A DNA stretch of 62,120 nucleotides, the filler included, from Candidatus Babelota bacterium (lineage in GTDB: Bacteria > JAGOBX01), in NCBI GenBank assembly GCA_017999075.1. It is 8 parts of 8 records of this genome, joined end to end, with 100 filler letters (N's around TTAATTAATTAA, not from the genome) between each part and the next. Parts side by side here need not be neighbours in the genome. Positions count along the whole stretch, not along the records: positions 1 to 7,806 come from JAGOBX010000155.1; positions 7,907 to 15,689 come from JAGOBX010000156.1; 6 more parts are not named here. The stretch is one strand, 5' to 3'. The notes below the pieces were generated by a model. The model made no database searches and was not told the origin of the DNA. It saw only the letters and a list, made by a program, of their open reading frames with translations. Of this stretch, positions 1 through 10,959 are shown in pieces (the stretch's first letter is position 1; every line of letters begins with the position of its first letter). A program made the translations under genes and the position numbers.

Positions 1-60
1 ATTTAAAATATATATTTAAAATTCAATAAAATTAACCAAAAAATAATTTTAATACAGTTT

Positions 61-1224
61 ATGTTTCAGAAAAAATTTATTTTTTTTGTGGTTTTAATGT
101 TTAGTTTGATATGCTGCAGAACCGGTAAAAAATATGCTGCAATTAAAACATATAATTATTCAGCTTTGAAAATGACTGCTAAAAAAACATATAAAGCGAA
201 AACCGAATCTTTTCCTGAAAACCTTAATAATTCAGGAAATAAACCGTTTTTTGCTGAAATATCAGGAGCAGTATCAGGCGGTGAATATATATATTTAGTA
301 AACGACAAACCCATACAAGACAAATCACCAATATTCAAAATTCATTTTGACAAACAAAACAGCAAATTTCATCAAGACATCACTTATCTTACTTCTCCAA
401 TTATAAGTTCATCAGAAAAATTTGAAGATATAACGATCACTCCTGACGGGAAATATATTATTGCTTCTACAGCTTTTGACAGAGTTATGCCTGGAACAAA
501 CAAATTGGACAATTATAACAAACTTATAACCTGGAGTACTGATAATGAAGACAGCGTGACAGTAATAAACCATACTTATAACGATGGAATTATAAGTTCT
601 GTTTCATTAAGAGAAAATATAAAAAAATGTCTTGCGGACACTGATTTCCCTGAAGGTCCTGAATATTTTAAAATTGAAGGATTAACTGCATTGCCTAACA
701 ATAAAATATTGCTTGGCATACGCGAATATGGAAAAAAACACGATGATTTTAATTACACAATAAAAATAATATGTTCTGAATATTTTATTGAAAAAAATAA
801 ACTCAATATTAAGAACGATTGGAAATTAATATATAATTTTGATACGGCAAAAATGAAAGAACTTAATTATAAACAATTAGGACTTTCAGGCTTAACATTT
901 GACCCTGTCAACAATATTCTGTATATTCTCACAAGTTACGAAGACAGCATATCAGGATTTGACGGATATTTATGGTATATTACATTAGAAGATTTTTTCA
1001 ATTCCAAACAATTATCTGCTGTTTATGATGAAACAGGAAACGAATTTTTATCTTTTAATCCTCATAAACCTGAAGGCGCTGCATTGATTGACGCTGAAAC
1101 GCTGCTTATAGTTTATGATGACGACAGAATGTTAACTATGACTTCAAAAAAAGACAACAGTATAGAATACAAACGTAAACCAAACGAATTTTGGTATGAA
1201 ATAATAAAAATAAAACGTAAATAA
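61..1224 (+). CDS. Exported (possibly lipo-) protein with beta-propeller-like repeats (DUF3616/SdiA-regulated-like)
   Basis: N-terminal hydrophobic stretch ending in Cys; recurring blade-like motifs EISGAV, KFEDIT, IEGLT, LSGLT, KPEGA, YDDD. Confidence 0.5.
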   Translation: MFQKKFIFFVVLMFSLICCRTGKKYAAIKTYNYSALKMTAKKTYKAKTESFPENLNNSGNKPFFAEISGAVSGGEYIYLVNDKPIQDKSPIFKIHFDKQNSKFHQDITYLTSPIISSSEKFEDITITPDGKYIIASTAFDRVMPGTNKLDNYNKLITWSTDNEDSVTVINHTYNDGIISSVSLRENIKKCLADTDFPEGPEYFKIEGLTALPNNKILLGIREYGKKHDDFNYTIKIICSEYFIEKNKLNIKNDWKLIYNFDTAKMKELNYKQLGLSGLTFDPVNNILYILTSYEDSISGFDGYLWYITLEDFFNSKQLSAVYDETGNEFLSFNPHKPEGAALIDAETLLIVYDDDRMLTMTSKKDNSIEYKRKPNEFWYEIIKIKRK

Positions 1225-1238
1225 AATCAAAATTTACA

Positions 1239-3107
1239 ATGAAAAAAAAGAACAGTTTTATCAAAACAACAATATATTTTTTTATATATGTTTTAACTCC
1301 GTTTTTTTCCGGATCAGTCTCAGCATATACTCTTTCACCCGATAATTACGGTTCTATCTCAGACACATCAGTTTCTTCATTTTATAAAACAGATTATTCT
1401 CAAACAGGGTATTTTGCTTCTGACACGTCTTCAAATGCTTCTTATTTACTTTATCCCGGATATATTCCATATCTTGATGCAGGATTCGGTCCCGCGCAAT
1501 TTATCATCTCGGGAAAAAACACTTTCCTAACAAACAGAAACAGCCTTGCTCCTGATACAGCTGTATTTATTGTATATGATTTCGACAGCAGTCCGGTACG
1601 TTATATATCTCTATTGTTCAATATAATTGACAGACCTTTAAACTCTTCAGGAGACACATTTTCATATACTGAAACAAATGACAGCGGAGAGGCTTATCTT
1701 CATTTCACTTCAGGAGACAAGACAGGCGCATACATTTTAAAATCATCATATCATGATATGGGGACTAAATACATATCCTATAATACTGATGAATCGGAAT
1801 TACCCGCCAAACAATAGCGAATGATAGGTCTCAATAAAATTCCAGCAAGCACTAATATAAGTTCGGCATTTTCAAATTTGATCCCTGAATATATATATCA
1901 CTGGAATCCTGAATCCGAAGATCATGAATTCCATCAAAAGTATCAGTCTGTTAAAAATGTAAATCCCGGAGAAGGATATTTTGTAATTTTTCCGGAACAA
2001 ACGGTTTTATCTATTAATGGTCAGTATATATCGGATACATACACAATCAATCTAAAAAAAGGATGGAACCAGATTGCAAATCCTTATTATTTTGTATCAG
2101 ACTGGAACAGCGCGCGCATAATAACTTCTTCCGGCGCAGTTTTAACTGCTACACAAGCTGAATCCGAAGGTTATATTTATAATAAAATTTTCTGGTACAA
2201 AGACAGCGATTATTATTGGGGCCCAAATGAACTGATTCCTATGCCGCAACTATATGTATGGACAGGTTTCTGGATTGAAGCTTTAAAAGAATGTTCGCTA
2301 CAGATAGCTCCTATTTTTTCTTATGCTGAAAACAATATAGTAAACCTTGCGCCTAAAAGGACTGAAGCTTCAGAAAACTGGGCGATTTGCGTTTCAGCAA
2401 ACGGAAATTTTTCATCAGACAAAATTAATTATTTCGGAGTAAACGAATCTGCTCAAAACCAGTTTGACATATTTGACGTAAAAAAAGCTCCGGCATTAAG
2501 CGAACTTATGAACGTATCATTCAGCGAAAATTTAAAACTATGCCGCGATATAAGACTGGCTCCAATAGAAACATTGATTGAATGGCAATTAAATTTAAAT
2601 TCCGGACAAAATACTCAAACCTCATTAGAATTCAACGGACTTCAATCTGTTCCTTCTAAATATGTTGTGTATTTAGTTGATAAATCAGATAACAAAGTTT
2701 ACAATTTAAGGGAAACTCCATCAATACCGGTAACATCTGCAAACACTGTAAAAAAATACCGTATTCTTGCAGGTTACCCTGAATATGTAAATGCCGCGTT
2801 AGCTCCGTCATTATCAAAAAATTTAACATTTGTTCATCCAAATCCAGGTCCTGATGAAAATGGACTAATAAGATTTAATTATAATCTATCTAATGCAGGA
2901 ACAGGAAATTTAACATTAAAAGTTTTTGATCTTGCAGGCGTAAAAGTTTTAGAACGTCAGCTCAATACTTCTCAAACGTTTTATAATTGGGATTGTAAAA
3001 ATGAAAAAGGCAAGCTTGTTCATACTGGAGTTTACATTTATATTCTTGAATATAACGGTTCCGGAGAAAATATAAGGTTAACAGATAAATTCGGAATAAC
3101 AAGATAA
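1239..3107 (+). pseudogene. Secreted protein with C-terminal FlgD-Ig/T9SS type-A-sorting-like domain, split by one in-frame TAG at 1815-1817
   Basis: ORFs 1239-1817 and 1821-3107 share a frame (PAKQ*RMIG); signal peptide in the first, HPNP...LKVFDLAG...WDCKNEKG...TGVYIY in the second. Confidence 0.7.
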
Positions 3108-3144
3108 ATTAAAAAAAATTAAATATTATTCATATTAAATTTTA

Positions 3145-4053
3145 ATGATGAAAAAAATAATTTTAATAATTTCAATAATTTTAACAATCAGCGCATCAGG
3201 CAACACTTCAGGAAATGGCGGTTCATACGGAGCAGTATATAAAAACCGGGGAACTGCGGGATATTTTTCAACAGGCAAAGCCATTGCAGAAAATGGAGCA
3301 GATTATATTTTTTACAATCCTGCAGGGTTAATCGAACCTGAAAAATCAGAAATCACTATGACAGGAGCAAAATTATTTAATGAAATAGACGGGTTCAAAC
3401 AAATACAAGCAGGCGGCATTTACAAATACGATAAAGGAAAAACAAAATACAGTTTTGGCATAGATTATTCATCTTTTAACATTAACGGAATTCGCGAAGC
3501 TACAGGTTCAACTTCAAATTCAGGTATTCTTACAGGAAATATGTACGACGCATCATTCAGCTCAATTACTCTTGCAGGCGCACAAAAAATAAATGATAAA
3601 TTCAATGCTGGAATGTCATTAATTTTTTACAATCAGGAAATATACAACCGTTCTTACAAAAACACTGTAATCAACGCAGGCGGGCAATATAACACTAAAA
3701 ATTTATCTTTTAATTTAGTTATAAACAACATTTATTCAACCTCTGCCAATCCTTTCCGTGAAAAAGAAAAAATGCCTATGATTATGGAATTGGGAATTTC
3801 CTATAAATTATTTGACAACATTAAAATCGGATTGGTTTTTGATAAAGAAAAAGACAGAAACATTGAATTCAGAGCAGGAATGAATTATAAATTTTTCGAA
3901 TCATTAAGATTTAATATTGGTTATATCAAAGAATCCAATCAACCCACAGCCGGATTTAATCTTTTAGTAAAAAATATAAAATTGGATTATGCATTCATGA
4001 AACACGAAGAACTAAATATTACACACAAATTATCTATAACATTAAAAATATAA
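3145..4053 (+). CDS. PorV/PorQ (UPF0164)-like outer-membrane beta-barrel protein
   Basis: Signal peptide; IFYNPAGL motif; alternating beta-strand pattern; C-terminal LDYAF...L..THKLSI. Confidence 0.7.
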   Translation: MMKKIILIISIILTISASGNTSGNGGSYGAVYKNRGTAGYFSTGKAIAENGADYIFYNPAGLIEPEKSEITMTGAKLFNEIDGFKQIQAGGIYKYDKGKTKYSFGIDYSSFNINGIREATGSTSNSGILTGNMYDASFSSITLAGAQKINDKFNAGMSLIFYNQEIYNRSYKNTVINAGGQYNTKNLSFNLVINNIYSTSANPFREKEKMPMIMELGISYKLFDNIKIGLVFDKEKDRNIEFRAGMNYKFFESLRFNIGYIKESNQPTAGFNLLVKNIKLDYAFMKHEELNITHKLSITLKI

Positions 4054-4072
4054 TTATATAAAGGGGTTTTTT

Positions 4073-6166
4073 ATGAAAAGAAAATTATCTATAACTATAC
4101 TGAGTGTATGTTTAATTATTTCATTTTTTACAACATTCAAATATTTTTTCAATGTAAAAGATTTTTATAAAAAAACTGATGCTTCAATTTATTCTGCAGC
4201 CCAGGAAATAACAAAAAATGGAGGCATTAAATTACAGGAACATTTTAATCAAATAAAACAAACCCTTAGAGCAGCATCAGAAAAAATCGACATATCAGAC
4301 AATACAAAAACATTTGAAATTCTAAAAAAAGATATTGAATCATCAAAAAATTTAAGCGCTATCGGATTTGCCGAAATTGCCAAAAACAAAAAAGTAACCA
4401 AAGCATTTATCATAAATAAAAAGAATACCGGAGAATTTATCGAGCTTAATGCAAATTCAAATGAATATTCATGGTTTTATGCTGGAGCAGAACAAGACGA
4501 ATATATTTCAAAACCGTATTTTGACAAAAAAATAAGAGCATTGGTTGTAGCATCTTCAGTAATAAAACAGAACAATCAAAAAACTTCCGATAATTCAAAA
4601 ATAATATTATTTGCATTGATATCAAACAACGATATGAATGAAATAATTCAAAACCTTGATTTCGGAAGCCGCGGTTATGGGTTTATTACAGATTATAACG
4701 GTTCAATTTTTCTTCATCCGCGCAAAACTTTTCAATTCAGAAATTTCATTGATATTATAAAAGACAAATATACAGCAGAAAATTTACGCAAAGTTGAATC
4801 CGTATATTCTCAAAAAACTTCTACTGTAATTGACGAAAAAGATTTCAATTCATTCAGCAGAAAAATTATTGTTTTAGAACCTATTGCAGATATTCAGTTT
4901 TTCATAGGGGCAATACTTAACAAAGTAGAACTCGGTTTTCCGTTTTTAAATGCAAAATTGCTTTTATTAAAATTATCTTTGTCTGCAGGTTTGTTGGTAT
5001 TTTTTGCATGCATGCTAATTGTTTCTTTAAAATTCAATAGTAATTCAATGCCTAAAATATTCAAATACTGTTCGTTTGTCAGTTCTATTGCATTTATAGT
5101 AATTATCGGATATGTATGGTATCTTCAGCGGTTTTATGGTTTACCTGCGCCTGAAGCGGATAAAGGATATGTTTCTGACAAAGCATCTCTGATAAAATTT
5201 ATAGATGAAGAAAAAAAAATAATTGAGATAAATAAAATGGAAGAATATTCATACATTCCTGCCGGAATACTTGTGCAATCAATAAAAATATTAGGGGTAA
5301 ATGAAGCTCAGGTTTCAGGAGTTATATGGCAAAAAATACCTCAAGAATTTATAGGTAAAATAACTGAAGGGATAAATTTTCCTGAAGCATCAACAATACG
5401 CACAGAAGAAATCTACAGAGTAACAGATGACTACAAAAACCTTATAGTAGGATGGTCTTTCACAACAATTCTTCGTCAGCAGTTTGATAATAAGCTCTAC
5501 CCATTTGAACAACTCGACTTAAAAATACAGATGCGCCAGAAAAATGTGCTTGACAGAATTCAACTAATTCCTGATCTTAAATCATACGATGAATATTCAA
5601 GTTTTTCAAATTCTTTTGTAAGCAAAGATTTAACTATTCCTGAATGGCTTGCCAAACAAACTTATTTTACAGTCAAAAAAAATGAATATATGACCACATT
5701 CGGTCATTTCAACAGCGATATAAAAAGCAATATCCGCGATTTAACATTAAATATAACATTGCAGCGCGATTTTCTTGCCAACTTTTTTTCCACATTTTTA
5801 CCGTTTATAGTGCTTCTTCTTCTTGCTTTCATCGGACTTCTATTCAGCAGCGGAATAGAGGAAAAATCAAAAATATATTCTTTCAAAGCATCAAATATGC
5901 AGGGAATTGCTTCAGGATTTCTGTTGTTTTTGGTTTTTTCAATCGCAAGTATCAGAAAACAGGCAATTTCAAACAGTCTGCTTTATATTGAATATCTTTA
6001 TTTTTTCACTTTTATAATATTACTTTTATTAGTATTGACAGCAGTTCATATTTACGCGCAAAAAAAATCAATTTTGGGATATAAAGACGGTTTATTTGTA
6101 AAACTATTATACTGGCCTGTAATACTTGGTTTTATTTTAATTATAACATATTTAAATTTTATATGA
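4073..6166 (+). CDS. Cache-domain-fused pentameric ligand-gated ion channel (Pro-loop receptor)
   Basis: TM anchor; Cache motifs WF..ISKPYFD and GSRGYGFITDYNG..FLHP; 2 TM; Pro-loop FDNKLYPFEQ, PEW, pre-M1 LQR; 4 C-terminal TM helices. Confidence 0.75.
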   Translation: MKRKLSITILSVCLIISFFTTFKYFFNVKDFYKKTDASIYSAAQEITKNGGIKLQEHFNQIKQTLRAASEKIDISDNTKTFEILKKDIESSKNLSAIGFAEIAKNKKVTKAFIINKKNTGEFIELNANSNEYSWFYAGAEQDEYISKPYFDKKIRALVVASSVIKQNNQKTSDNSKIILFALISNNDMNEIIQNLDFGSRGYGFITDYNGSIFLHPRKTFQFRNFIDIIKDKYTAENLRKVESVYSQKTSTVIDEKDFNSFSRKIIVLEPIADIQFFIGAILNKVELGFPFLNAKLLLLKLSLSAGLLVFFACMLIVSLKFNSNSMPKIFKYCSFVSSIAFIVIIGYVWYLQRFYGLPAPEADKGYVSDKASLIKFIDEEKKIIEINKMEEYSYIPAGILVQSIKILGVNEAQVSGVIWQKIPQEFIGKITEGINFPEASTIRTEEIYRVTDDYKNLIVGWSFTTILRQQFDNKLYPFEQLDLKIQMRQKNVLDRIQLIPDLKSYDEYSSFSNSFVSKDLTIPEWLAKQTYFTVKKNEYMTTFGHFNSDIKSNIRDLTLNITLQRDFLANFFSTFLPFIVLLLLAFIGLLFSSGIEEKSKIYSFKASNMQGIASGFLLFLVFSIASIRKQAISNSLLYIEYLYFFTFIILLLLVLTAVHIYAQKKSILGYKDGLFVKLLYWPVILGFILIITYLNFI

Positions 6167-6792
6167 AAACCTTGAATTTAAAAATAATGGCTGGCAATAT
6201 GAAAAAAAATATTAATATTTTTTCAATATTATTTTTTTGCATTTCAATTATTTTAATAAATGTTATTGATTCTTATGCTGAAGTAAAAACCGCAGTTATA
6301 ACCAATTTTTCTTCTCAGGAAATAGATAAAGAATGGTTTGAAATAAATGTAGATGCAGCATACTGCCTGAAAAATTCGGTTCTCATAGCAGAGGTTACGA
6401 ATAAGATAACAGGAAAAACCGAAAAGATAAAAATACCGCGTATATTCTACGATTATGAAACTCTTGACGCTTCTTTTATAGGTTCTCTTAATTATAACAA
6501 ATCAGATGTAAATATTGTTTTAAAACTGCTTAATTATGAAGATGAGACAATTATTAAAACTGAAGAAAATAAAACTATATCTGAAATACTTGAACGTAAA
6601 ACTCAGGAAGAACAAAGAAATTCAGATAACGAAAAATTTCAGGAAGAATCTTTATATTTTGACAAGCAGCGTCAAAAAAACAGTCAAAATCAATCTCAAT
6701 CAGCTGAAGAAACAGCAGTAGTAGTAATTATATTACTGCCTATGCTTCTTGAACAAATAAACAGCATGAATTCCGAAGGAGACGAAAATTGA
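6163..6792 (+). CDS. Hypothetical exported protein
   Basis: 209-aa ORF with signal peptide, overlapping upstream stop (ATGA). Confidence 0.6.
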   Translation: MKTLNLKIMAGNMKKNINIFSILFFCISIILINVIDSYAEVKTAVITNFSSQEIDKEWFEINVDAAYCLKNSVLIAEVTNKITGKTEKIKIPRIFYDYETLDASFIGSLNYNKSDVNIVLKLLNYEDETIIKTEENKTISEILERKTQEEQRNSDNEKFQEESLYFDKQRQKNSQNQSQSAEETAVVVIILLPMLLEQINSMNSEGDEN

Positions 6793-6869
6793 TAATTTAT
6801 ATAACACGTGATTTACGGTTAAATAAATATTATAAGTTTAATTTCGAAAAATTAAAAAAGGCAAATGAA

Positions 6870-7445
6870 ATGTTAACCCTTAAAAAGTATATTATAACAA
6901 TTTTTTTATTTTTTATTATACTGCTTTTCATCCCTTTATTTATTACAGCAGCAGAAAATATCGGTAAAATAGAAAAAATTCAGGGACAGACAGAAATAAG
7001 TTACGTTGAAGGAATATGGCTGCCTTGTTCTGAAAACGCTGAAATAAATTTAAACACGTCTATACGGACAAACCAGAATTCATCGGTTTCCATTATATTC
7101 AGCAACGGCAAAACTGTAAAATTAAACGCATCGACTATTTTAAAAGTTACTGATATAATAAAATCAGAATATTTAATCCCTGAAATAACATCTCAATCTT
7201 TTACTGTCGAGGGTGACGAATCAGAAAAAAAAGTTACATATTCTGTTAAAATAAAAAATATAAAACAAAACAGAACAACTGTTACAGTTATGATTTATAA
7301 TGAATTTGACGTATTATACGGCGAACATAAGATGTCCGCCGGAACAATTGACGAAAAAAATTACACAGCCGAATATTATGCATCTGTGACGATAAACGAA
7401 ACAGGAAAATATTCACAAAGGTATAAAATTATATGCGCAGAATAA
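6870..7445 (+). CDS. FecR-like domain exported protein
   Basis: Signal peptide then GKIEKIQG...IRTNQNSSVSIIFSNGKTVKLNAST; ATG 6870 preferred over TTG 6789. Confidence 0.65.
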   Translation: MLTLKKYIITIFLFFIILLFIPLFITAAENIGKIEKIQGQTEISYVEGIWLPCSENAEINLNTSIRTNQNSSVSIIFSNGKTVKLNASTILKVTDIIKSEYLIPEITSQSFTVEGDESEKKVTYSVKIKNIKQNRTTVTVMIYNEFDVLYGEHKMSAGTIDEKNYTAEYYASVTINETGKYSQRYKIICAE

Positions 7446-7806
7446 TCTATATCATTTTTATATTTTTATATTTTTATTTTAATGTAAATGCTGTATGCGA
7501 AGACACGTTAAAATTATTTGAAAATTATTTCAACAATACAGGAACCGACTCTCCAGCTTATAATTTCTCGGTTATTTTCGCTAATATGGAAAAAATTAAT
7601 ACACGCAGTTCGTTAGAGAAAAAAATCGAAGAAATAGTTTTCATATTAATAGAACAAGAACCTGAACTTGATTTATTTTATTTAGGAATTCCAATTAATT
7701 ATGAAGAAAATTCATTAAATAAAACTTTAAATCTTGCTTATAAAAATAAAAATATAACTATAAATGTTAAATATGAACTTATTAAGACTTACCGTTTTAA
7801 TGACAA
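7433..7806 (+). CDS. Hypothetical exported protein, truncated by contig end
   Basis: Signal peptide; ORF runs into N-linker. Confidence 0.5.
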
Positions 7807-7906
7807 NNNNNNNNNNNNNNNNNNNNNNNNNNNNNNNNNNNNNNNNNNNNTTAATTAATTAANNNNNNNNNNNNNNNNNNNNNNNNNNNNNNNNNNNNNN
7901 NNNNNN
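7807..7906. other. Artificial contig linker
   Basis: N-run + TTAATTAATTAA (six-frame stop) + N-run, 100 nt. Confidence 0.98.
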
Positions 7907-8583
7907 GTATAAACCTAGCCGCTAGGCATATTAAAATATCCGCTGCTGTTTATAAACTTCCTGTTTTTAACAGAAAATTTTAAATCAGTATTATTTCCTG
8001 TAATATGCACAGAATCAGCGCCTTTTAAACGTTTAATAACTTTTTCCTGATATTCCCAAACTTTTTTCCATTCCCTAACAGGATTGGAACAATTAATTTT
8101 AACTGCATCAACAACGAAATCTTCAAAATCCGAAAGAGACATTTCAGCATCCTGCGCGTATGCTTCAGTCGGATAAAGAGCTAAAACCCATCTGTTTTTT
8201 TTTAAGACAATTTCACTTATCGGTTTTCTCGTTTTCCTGAAAAGAGCTTGTTTTGCCGGATCAACAGCACTTAAACTTTTAGTATTGACAGAACATGAAA
8301 TATTTATTAAAGCATCAATATTTTTAGCTTCAAATAAAGTTATCTCAGGCAAATATGTCAGATGTGAATCCTGACAATATGCGTAAAATATATCCTGCTG
8401 ATTGTTAAGAGAAATATGCGGAAACGGATGAGCACCGCGTTTTAGCAATTCTATATACAATTGTTCTATTAAAGGAGATGATTCTATGTTCCCGTATATT
8501 CCGACTTTATCTCCTTTTTTAATCTCAAGAGAAAAATCTATTAAAAGATTTGCGTATGAATTTAATTTTTTTTTATCTAACAT
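7907..8583 (-). CDS. Aminopeptidase, M29 (AmpS/PepS) family, 3'-truncated
   Basis: RWVLALYPTEAYAQDAEMS, TDLKFSV..RKF.NS.G.FNMPSG; GGGAGA RBS; TAG near contig end where E of NMPSGEV is expected. Confidence 0.85.
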
Positions 8584-8766
8584 TCCATCATTCTCCCTAA
8601 ACAAAAATTTTTAAATAATTCCAATATATTACAATAATTTTTTTTAATAAAATGCAAATAACACCCTTACAATTTTTACAAATCATACATTTTACGCAAT
8701 CATTTTTTTTTGTCAATAATTTTCTTGACAAATTTTTATTATTAAATATTTTAATTATAAAATTAA

Positions 8767-8842
8767 GCTCGCATAGCTCAGCCGGTAGAGCACCACCATG
8801 GTAAGGTGGGGGTCGCCAGTTCAATTCTGGCTGCGAGCTCCA
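8767..8842 (+). tRNA. tRNA-Thr(GGT)
   Basis: Acceptor GCTCGCA/TGCGAGC, anticodon arm CCACC-ATGGTAA-GGTGG, T-arm GCCAG-TTCAATT-CTGGC, encoded CCA. Confidence 0.96.
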
Positions 8843-8958
8843 AAATCTTAATTAATCAACAATGAATTCAAGAAAATTTCCATCTGGTATATTCCATTAT
8901 ATTTGTAAAAAATATAAGATTGATGAAAAAATAATAAAAGTTTTTTTCTTTAATTAAT

Positions 8959-9618
8959 ATGACAAATTTACCTGAAATTGATTTGGTTTTTCTTAAAAAA
9001 ATGATTATTGAAAAAAATGAAAATTTAACAGAATTCGAATTGATAAAAAATTGTTTCCATGAAGATTATATGGAACAAAAAATCTTTTCAAATAATTATT
9101 CCCTATACAAATACCATTTCAGTTTATTCCATCATCTTTTCAAACTCCAAAAAATATTTAATGAGGAAGGGTTTTATTATTTATTCATTTCGCCTTTAAA
9201 AATTAAAATTTTCGACAAAAATTATAAAAACTGCATATATTATTTTGATAACGAAAATATTTTTTGCGGAAACCAAGTTTTAAATAACGGATATTACTGC
9301 CAAAACCATCAAAAATCTAATTTTGAAATTGAATCTGTTTCTCTCAGAGAATTTTATATCAATCTTGATAATTACAATGTAATTACAGAAGAAATCCTTG
9401 AAAAATTAATATCAGGATTCTGGAAATACAACAGATATAAATCCGATCTTCGAAAATATTTCAGCGCACTTGACCTTCCTGTATCAGCCACCAAAACAGA
9501 TATTAAAAAAAAATTTAAAAAACTGGCGGTAAAACATCATCCTGATAAACAAGGAGGCTGTCCGGAAAAATTTTCTGAAATTAATTGCGCATACAATATT
9601 CTAATGATGTGCCTCTAA
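8959..9618 (+). CDS. DnaJ-related protein with C-terminal J domain
   Basis: IKKKFKKLAVKHHPDK..G..EKFSEIN.AY; N-terminal HFSLFHHLFKLQ motif. Confidence 0.8.
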   Translation: MTNLPEIDLVFLKKMIIEKNENLTEFELIKNCFHEDYMEQKIFSNNYSLYKYHFSLFHHLFKLQKIFNEEGFYYLFISPLKIKIFDKNYKNCIYYFDNENIFCGNQVLNNGYYCQNHQKSNFEIESVSLREFYINLDNYNVITEEILEKLISGFWKYNRYKSDLRKYFSALDLPVSATKTDIKKKFKKLAVKHHPDKQGGCPEKFSEINCAYNILMMCL

Positions 9619-9627
9619 TCTAAAATT

Positions 9628-10911
9628 TTATTTAAAAAAATCCTTATGCTTTTTTACAAAATTTTCAGGCGTTTCTTTTTTATTAAAAATATTTATCAAA
9701 TTATCCTGAGATAATACTGACCATAGTTTATCAATTTCGCTTGATGACGGCATACTTGCTCCTTTTTTCAACTGATTGTAAAAGGCAAATATCATCCAAT
9801 CTTTTTTCTTATCGAATTTGTTATAGATTGAATTACATGCCGGTAGTTTCCCGAGTTTTCTGGCAAATTCAATTTGTATGTCATGAGATGTCATAATATT
9901 CAAAAATTCCTTTAGTTCTACGGTTATCTTAGATTGAGATGATACGCAATAAATCTGAGTTCCTATAAAAGGAGAAATATTAAGTTTAGTTTCCGCGTTA
10001 TACGGCAGTGTTGTTATTCCGAAATCTGTTTTTGCAGACTTTAAATAAGGAATCGACCAAGGACCGTCAACTAAAAAAGCAAGGTTGCCTGCTGCAAAAT
10101 TGTTTAAAACAGTTTTATATTCAAAACTTGTTATAGGATACATCAATTTTTTTTTGTAATTCAAATCAATCCAGAAATTACAGGTTTTTATAAAAATATC
10201 TTTTTCTATATTAAGCATTCCATTTTTAAGTAATTTTCCTCCAAACCCGAAATACCATGGAATAAGGTAATAAGCAGAATTGACATCAACGCTGAGAGGA
10301 TAACACGAAGGTTTTAAATCATTAAGCATTCTAACAAATTCATCAAATAAAACAGGAGGAGTTTTAACTAATTTTTTATTATAAAATAAAGCGATAGTTT
10401 CCGTTGAAAGCGGCAGCCCGTAAATAAGATTATTTACAACAGCTTGTTTTTTACACGATTCAATCCAGTCATCAGTTTTAATTCCAATCATTGACAGGTG
10501 CTGAACAAGATTATTCACAATTAAATCTCCAAGCCAGTCATTAGGTATTAAAAATATATCAGGTCCGTTTTTCTTCATCAAATTACTTTTTAAAGAGTTC
10601 CTGTAAACTGCAAAATCAAAAGACAATGATTGAATTTTAACATCCGGGTATAAAGAATTATATTTTTTTATATATTTATTCAAAATCTCCAATTCGGACG
10701 GATGATTTATATGATGCCAAAATTTTATTACTTTCTTATATTTAGGTTTTGCCCACAAAATTGAATTTGATAAAGAAAAAAATATCAATAATATCAATAA
10801 AAATCTAATACAATGCAAACTCTGAAAAATCTGTCTGCCGTTAAAAATATTCCGGCAGAAAAAATACAAATATTCATAATAAAATTTTAATGTATTCTCT
10901 TTATTTTTCAT
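9628..10911 (-). CDS. Sugar ABC transporter substrate-binding protein (MalE-like)
   Basis: IKFWH, GPDIFLIPNDWLG, YGLP..ETIALFYNK, DGPW; true start may be downstream. Confidence 0.8.
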   Translation of the reverse strand: MKNKENTLKFYYEYLYFFCRNIFNGRQIFQSLHCIRFLLILLIFFSLSNSILWAKPKYKKVIKFWHHINHPSELEILNKYIKKYNSLYPDVKIQSLSFDFAVYRNSLKSNLMKKNGPDIFLIPNDWLGDLIVNNLVQHLSMIGIKTDDWIESCKKQAVVNNLIYGLPLSTETIALFYNKKLVKTPPVLFDEFVRMLNDLKPSCYPLSVDVNSAYYLIPWYFGFGGKLLKNGMLNIEKDIFIKTCNFWIDLNYKKKLMYPITSFEYKTVLNNFAAGNLAFLVDGPWSIPYLKSAKTDFGITTLPYNAETKLNISPFIGTQIYCVSSQSKITVELKEFLNIMTSHDIQIEFARKLGKLPACNSIYNKFDKKKDWMIFAFYNQLKKGASMPSSSEIDKLWSVLSQDNLINIFNKKETPENFVKKHKDFFK

Positions 10912-10959
10912 ATATAAATTACTCCACCAGTCAAATTACATTTTATAAAAATTATCGAA

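Noticed and set aside
7851-7862. TTAATTAATTAA as a biological repeat
   Set aside because: Always embedded in N-runs; standard six-frame-stop linker
7915-7917. True stop of the aminopeptidase
   Set aside because: Falls within the conserved NMPSGEV motif 8 nt from the contig end; probably an edge error
8597-8824. 75-aa minus-strand ORF
   Set aside because: Antisense shadow of tRNA-Thr and its AT-rich promoter region
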